From assembly GCA_963771355.1 (NCBI GenBank), contig CAVYTA010000005.1, forward strand, positions 480,001 through 544,000: 64,000 bases of DNA, given 5' to 3'. The translations under genes were made by a program, and so were the position numbers. Shown piece after piece: positions 61,137 through 64,000 of the stretch. Position 1 is the first letter of the stretch. Every line of letters starts with the position of its first letter. Below the pieces are notes generated by a model. The model ran no database searches. It had not been told where the DNA came from and was given only the letters and a program-made list of their open reading frames with translations. Source of the stretch: an uncultured Candidatus Rokubacteria bacterium (lineage in GTDB: Bacteria; Methylomirabilota; Methylomirabilia; Rokubacteriales; CSP1-6).

Positions 61137-62231
61137 TCAGTCGAACACGATCACGCCGCGGGCCACCTGCCCCCCGCGCAGGGCCGCGAAGCCCTCGTTG
61201 ATCTGGTCGAGCTTGTAGGTGCGGCTCACGAGCTCGTCGATCTTCAGCCGCCCCTCGAGATAGAGGTCCACGAACTTGGGGAAGTCGATGTTCGGGCGCA
61301 CCGAGCCGTACATGGTGCCCTTGATGGCCTTTTCCTGGAGCGCCATCATGTAGGGCGTGATGGGCGCGCGAACGTTGAGCGCGGCCATACCCACGATGAC
61401 GGCGGTGCCACCGGGACGGATGGCGTCCACGATCTGGAGCGTGGTGGCCTCGCCGCCGATGGCGTCGAAGGCATAATCCACCCCGCGTCCCGCGGTGAGC
61501 TCGCGCACCTTGTCCACCACGTTCTCACGCGAGGCATTGAAGGTGTGGGTGGCGCCGAACTCCTTGGCGTAGGTCAGCTTGCTGTCGAGCAGATCGGCGG
61601 CGGCGATGATGCCGGCGCCGGCCAGCCGCGCGCCCTGCACCACGTTGAGCCCGACGCCGCCGCAGCCGATGACGAGGACCGAGGCGCCCGCCTCCACCTC
61701 GGCGCACCGGGTCACCGCGCCCACGCCGGTGGGTACGCAGCAGCCCATGAGTGCGGCCTGCGGCCACGGCATCTCGTGCCGGATCGGCACCAGCATCTCC
61801 GCCGGGCACACCACCTTCTCGGAGAAGGTGCCGATGCGCGCCATCTGGTTGATGGGGGCCCCGTCCTGGTGCAGGCGATGCGTGCCATCCAGCATGGCCC
61901 ACCGTGCGGACGTGTGTCCGTCGCAGAGGATGGTGCGGCCGATCGAGCAGTAGAAGCAGCGGCCGCAATGCGGGCGGAAGGAGAAGATCACGTGGTCGCC
62001 CGGCTTGACATTGGTGACGCCCGGGCCGACCTCCTCGATCTGGCCCGCCGCCTCGTGGCCCAGCACCATGGGCAGAGGCGGGGTCCAGTCCCCGTTCATG
62101 ATGTGCCAGTCACTGTGGCAGATGCCGGCCGCCTTGACCTTGACGCGGGCCTCGCCCACCTTGGGGCCTTCCTGGGTGAGATCCATGATCTGGAGCGGCT
62201 CATTGGCTCTGTAAAGGACGGCGGCTTTCAT
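61137..62231 (-). CDS. Zn-dependent alcohol dehydrogenase
   Basis: CHSD, GHE, CGRCFYC...C, GCGGVG. Confidence 0.92.
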   Translation of the reverse strand: MKAAVLYRANEPLQIMDLTQEGPKVGEARVKVKAAGICHSDWHIMNGDWTPPLPMVLGHEAAGQIEEVGPGVTNVKPGDHVIFSFRPHCGRCFYCSIGRTILCDGHTSARWAMLDGTHRLHQDGAPINQMARIGTFSEKVVCPAEMLVPIRHEMPWPQAALMGCCVPTGVGAVTRCAEVEAGASVLVIGCGGVGLNVVQGARLAGAGIIAAADLLDSKLTYAKEFGATHTFNASRENVVDKVRELTAGRGVDYAFDAIGGEATTLQIVDAIRPGGTAVIVGMAALNVRAPITPYMMALQEKAIKGTMYGSVRPNIDFPKFVDLYLEGRLKIDELVSRTYKLDQINEGFAALRGGQVARGVIVFD

Positions 62232-62304
62232 GGATGGCTCTCCCGGGGCTGAGGGGGTGAAGGTCGGCGCCGGCCCGTCCGGCCGTGGGACGAGGATAGT
62301 CGAG

Positions 62305-63522
62305 CTAATCGCGTTTTACCAGGGGCGGGATGCGGTAGAGGGCCGCCGCCGCGCCCAGCGAGAGCACGGCGAGCGCGAGCCACGGCGCGTGGTAGGAGCC
62401 GGTGGCCTCGCGGAGGAATCCGAAGAAGGGCGGCCCCAGGAGCACGCCGGACCACGCGCACGACACCGCCACCCCGGTGAGGAGCCCTGCGTAGCGGTGT
62501 CCGCCCACCTCGGCGGCGAGGGCGAGGTAGAGCCCGACCCAGCCGAAGGCGCCCGCGCCCGCGAAGAAGGCGACGAGGCCCGCGACGGGGGCGGGCAGGG
62601 AGACGCCGGAGGCGAAGATGAGATAGGTCAGCGTCCCGATCAATGAATTGATGATCACGCAGGGCCGGCGGCGGCCGCCGAAGAGCCGGTCGCTGACGAT
62701 GCCCCAGGCGAGCCGGCCGCCGGTGCCGCCCGCCTGCATGACGGCAAGCAAGGCGCCCGCCGCCACCACCGTCCAGCCCAGCGTCTCCCGCGCGTAGAGG
62801 GCGAGGTACGCCAGCACCGAGGCCTGTGTCATGCCCAGCGCGAGGCCGGAGGCCAGGAGCACCGGCAGCGAGCGCGTGGTGAAGAACCGGCCCAGCTCGT
62901 CGAACCGCGGGCGCCCCATCCCGGGGATGATGGCGACGGCGCCGTCGCGCCGCATGCCGACCAGCACCGCCGCGGCGGCCGCGAGCGACGCGAGCGCGGC
63001 CACAGTGAGGGCGTGGCGCCAGCCGGCGGCCAGCGCGATGGACGGCAGCGACAGCGACGCCACGATGCCGCCCACGGTGAGGCCGGTCTGCTTGACGCCC
63101 ATGGCGAAGCCGCGCTCGCGCGCGGGGAAGCGCTCGAGGATGGCCTTGCCGGTGGTCGGATTCACCACTGCCCAGCCCAGCCCGGCGAGGAACAGGAAGC
63201 CCAGCATCACCGGCAGCCCTTGCGCGTGCGCCGCCAGCGCGATCATGGCCCCGGTGAGGCACTGGCCGGCGGCGAGCGTGAGCCGCGCGCCCAGGCGGTC
63301 GGTGAGCCAGCCCGCGGGCAGCGACATCAGCACCCCGCCGAGATAGATCGCGGGCAGGAAGAGTCCGACCTGGGTCCGGGTGAGTCGGAGATCGTCCAGC
63401 AGCAGCGGTGCCAGCGGCGCCACGGCCAGCACCGAGATCGCGCCCAGCGCATGCGCGATCGAGACGAGGGCGAGGAGACGCCAGCGTCCACGGTCGCCTC
63501 GCTCGCTCGGGATCGTCGTCAC
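62305..63522 (-). CDS. MFS transporter
   Basis: G.LTDRLG, FP.RERG.AMG, G.VSDR; about 12 TM. Confidence 0.9.
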   Translation of the reverse strand: MTTIPSERGDRGRWRLLALVSIAHALGAISVLAVAPLAPLLLDDLRLTRTQVGLFLPAIYLGGVLMSLPAGWLTDRLGARLTLAAGQCLTGAMIALAAHAQGLPVMLGFLFLAGLGWAVVNPTTGKAILERFPARERGFAMGVKQTGLTVGGIVASLSLPSIALAAGWRHALTVAALASLAAAAAVLVGMRRDGAVAIIPGMGRPRFDELGRFFTTRSLPVLLASGLALGMTQASVLAYLALYARETLGWTVVAAGALLAVMQAGGTGGRLAWGIVSDRLFGGRRRPCVIINSLIGTLTYLIFASGVSLPAPVAGLVAFFAGAGAFGWVGLYLALAAEVGGHRYAGLLTGVAVSCAWSGVLLGPPFFGFLREATGSYHAPWLALAVLSLGAAAALYRIPPLVKRD

Positions 63523-63669
63523 GTCCTAGGCCTATCACAGCGTGGGGACGGCGAGATGCGGATTTGCCCTTGTCTCGCCCGGCGCCCAGGGATTAGGCTT
63601 CGAACGTTCACCACGATCGAAACGGAGCACGAGCCACAGGGCGGAGTGGGAGCCGAGGAGGCACATCCG

Positions 63670-64000
63670 GTGACACTGTTTGATCTCACGGGGAAGGTGG
63701 CGGTAGTGACGGGCGGCAACGGCGGGATCGGGCTGGGCATGGCGCGCGGGCTCGCCGGCGCCGGCTGCGACGTGGTGGTGGCGGCGCGCAACGCGGACAA
63801 GAGCAGCCGCGCGGTGAAGGAGCTCGAGGGCCTCGGAGTCCGCGCCGCCGCCATCTCGGTGGATGTGGCCGACGAGCCCTCGGTGGAGACGCTGATCGCG
63901 CGCGCGGTCGAGGCCTTCGGACGCATCGACATCGTGGTGAACAACGCCGGCACCAACGTGCGGAAGCCTCCGGAGGAGCTGGCTCTCGCGGAGTGGCACC
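63670..64000 (+). CDS. SDR oxidoreductase (5' part only; not in ORF track)
   Basis: GTG63670 after RBS GAGGAGG: MTLFDLTGKVAVVTGGNGGIG...VNNAG; runs off the window end. Confidence 0.88.
   Translation, partial: MTLFDLTGKVAVVTGGNGGIGLGMARGLAGAGCDVVVAARNADKSSRAVKELEGLGVRAAAISVDVADEPSVETLIARAVEAFGRIDIVVNNAGTNVRKPPEELALAEWH

Overview
High-GC bacterial chromosome segment with about 60 CDS and no rRNA, tRNA or CRISPR array that I can see. The gene repertoire suggests Candidatus Rokubacteria/Methylomirabilota, but that is inference only. Most of the window is catabolic or housekeeping: amidohydrolases, amidase, TRAP and peptide-ABC transport, fbp-fbaB, ettA, rnd, acyl-CoA genes, pdxH, cobB/cinA, LLM and molybdopterin oxidoreductases. 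The highlights are these. (1) A compositionally atypical 9-kb operon encodes a membrane-anchored WD40 protein, a 1438-aa RTX protein and HlyB/HlyD. The RTX protein has an N-terminal Ser-Asp-His lipase joined to a FrpC-type self-processing module whose scissile Asp-Pro is replaced by Cys-Pro; this is a candidate T1SS lipase-toxin/immunity system. (2) An OsmC-like gene has an in-frame UGA at the conserved Cys position, a SECIS-like hairpin and an ATGA overlap with the next gene, so it is probably a selenoprotein that the ORF track truncates. (3) Four paralogous small exported proteins lie in tandem. (4) A dispersed REP-like repeat supplies start codons and a C-terminus to neighbouring genes. (5) A two-gene insert is bounded by a 49-bp direct repeat and a collapsed in-frame mini-copy of dinB. 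(6) The left end and transposase of an IS1202-like element are absent from the ORF track. (7) There are sigma54 promoters (one with a perfect IHF site) and several leaderless or bidirectional promoters. Four isolated +1 frameshifts look like sequencing errors.
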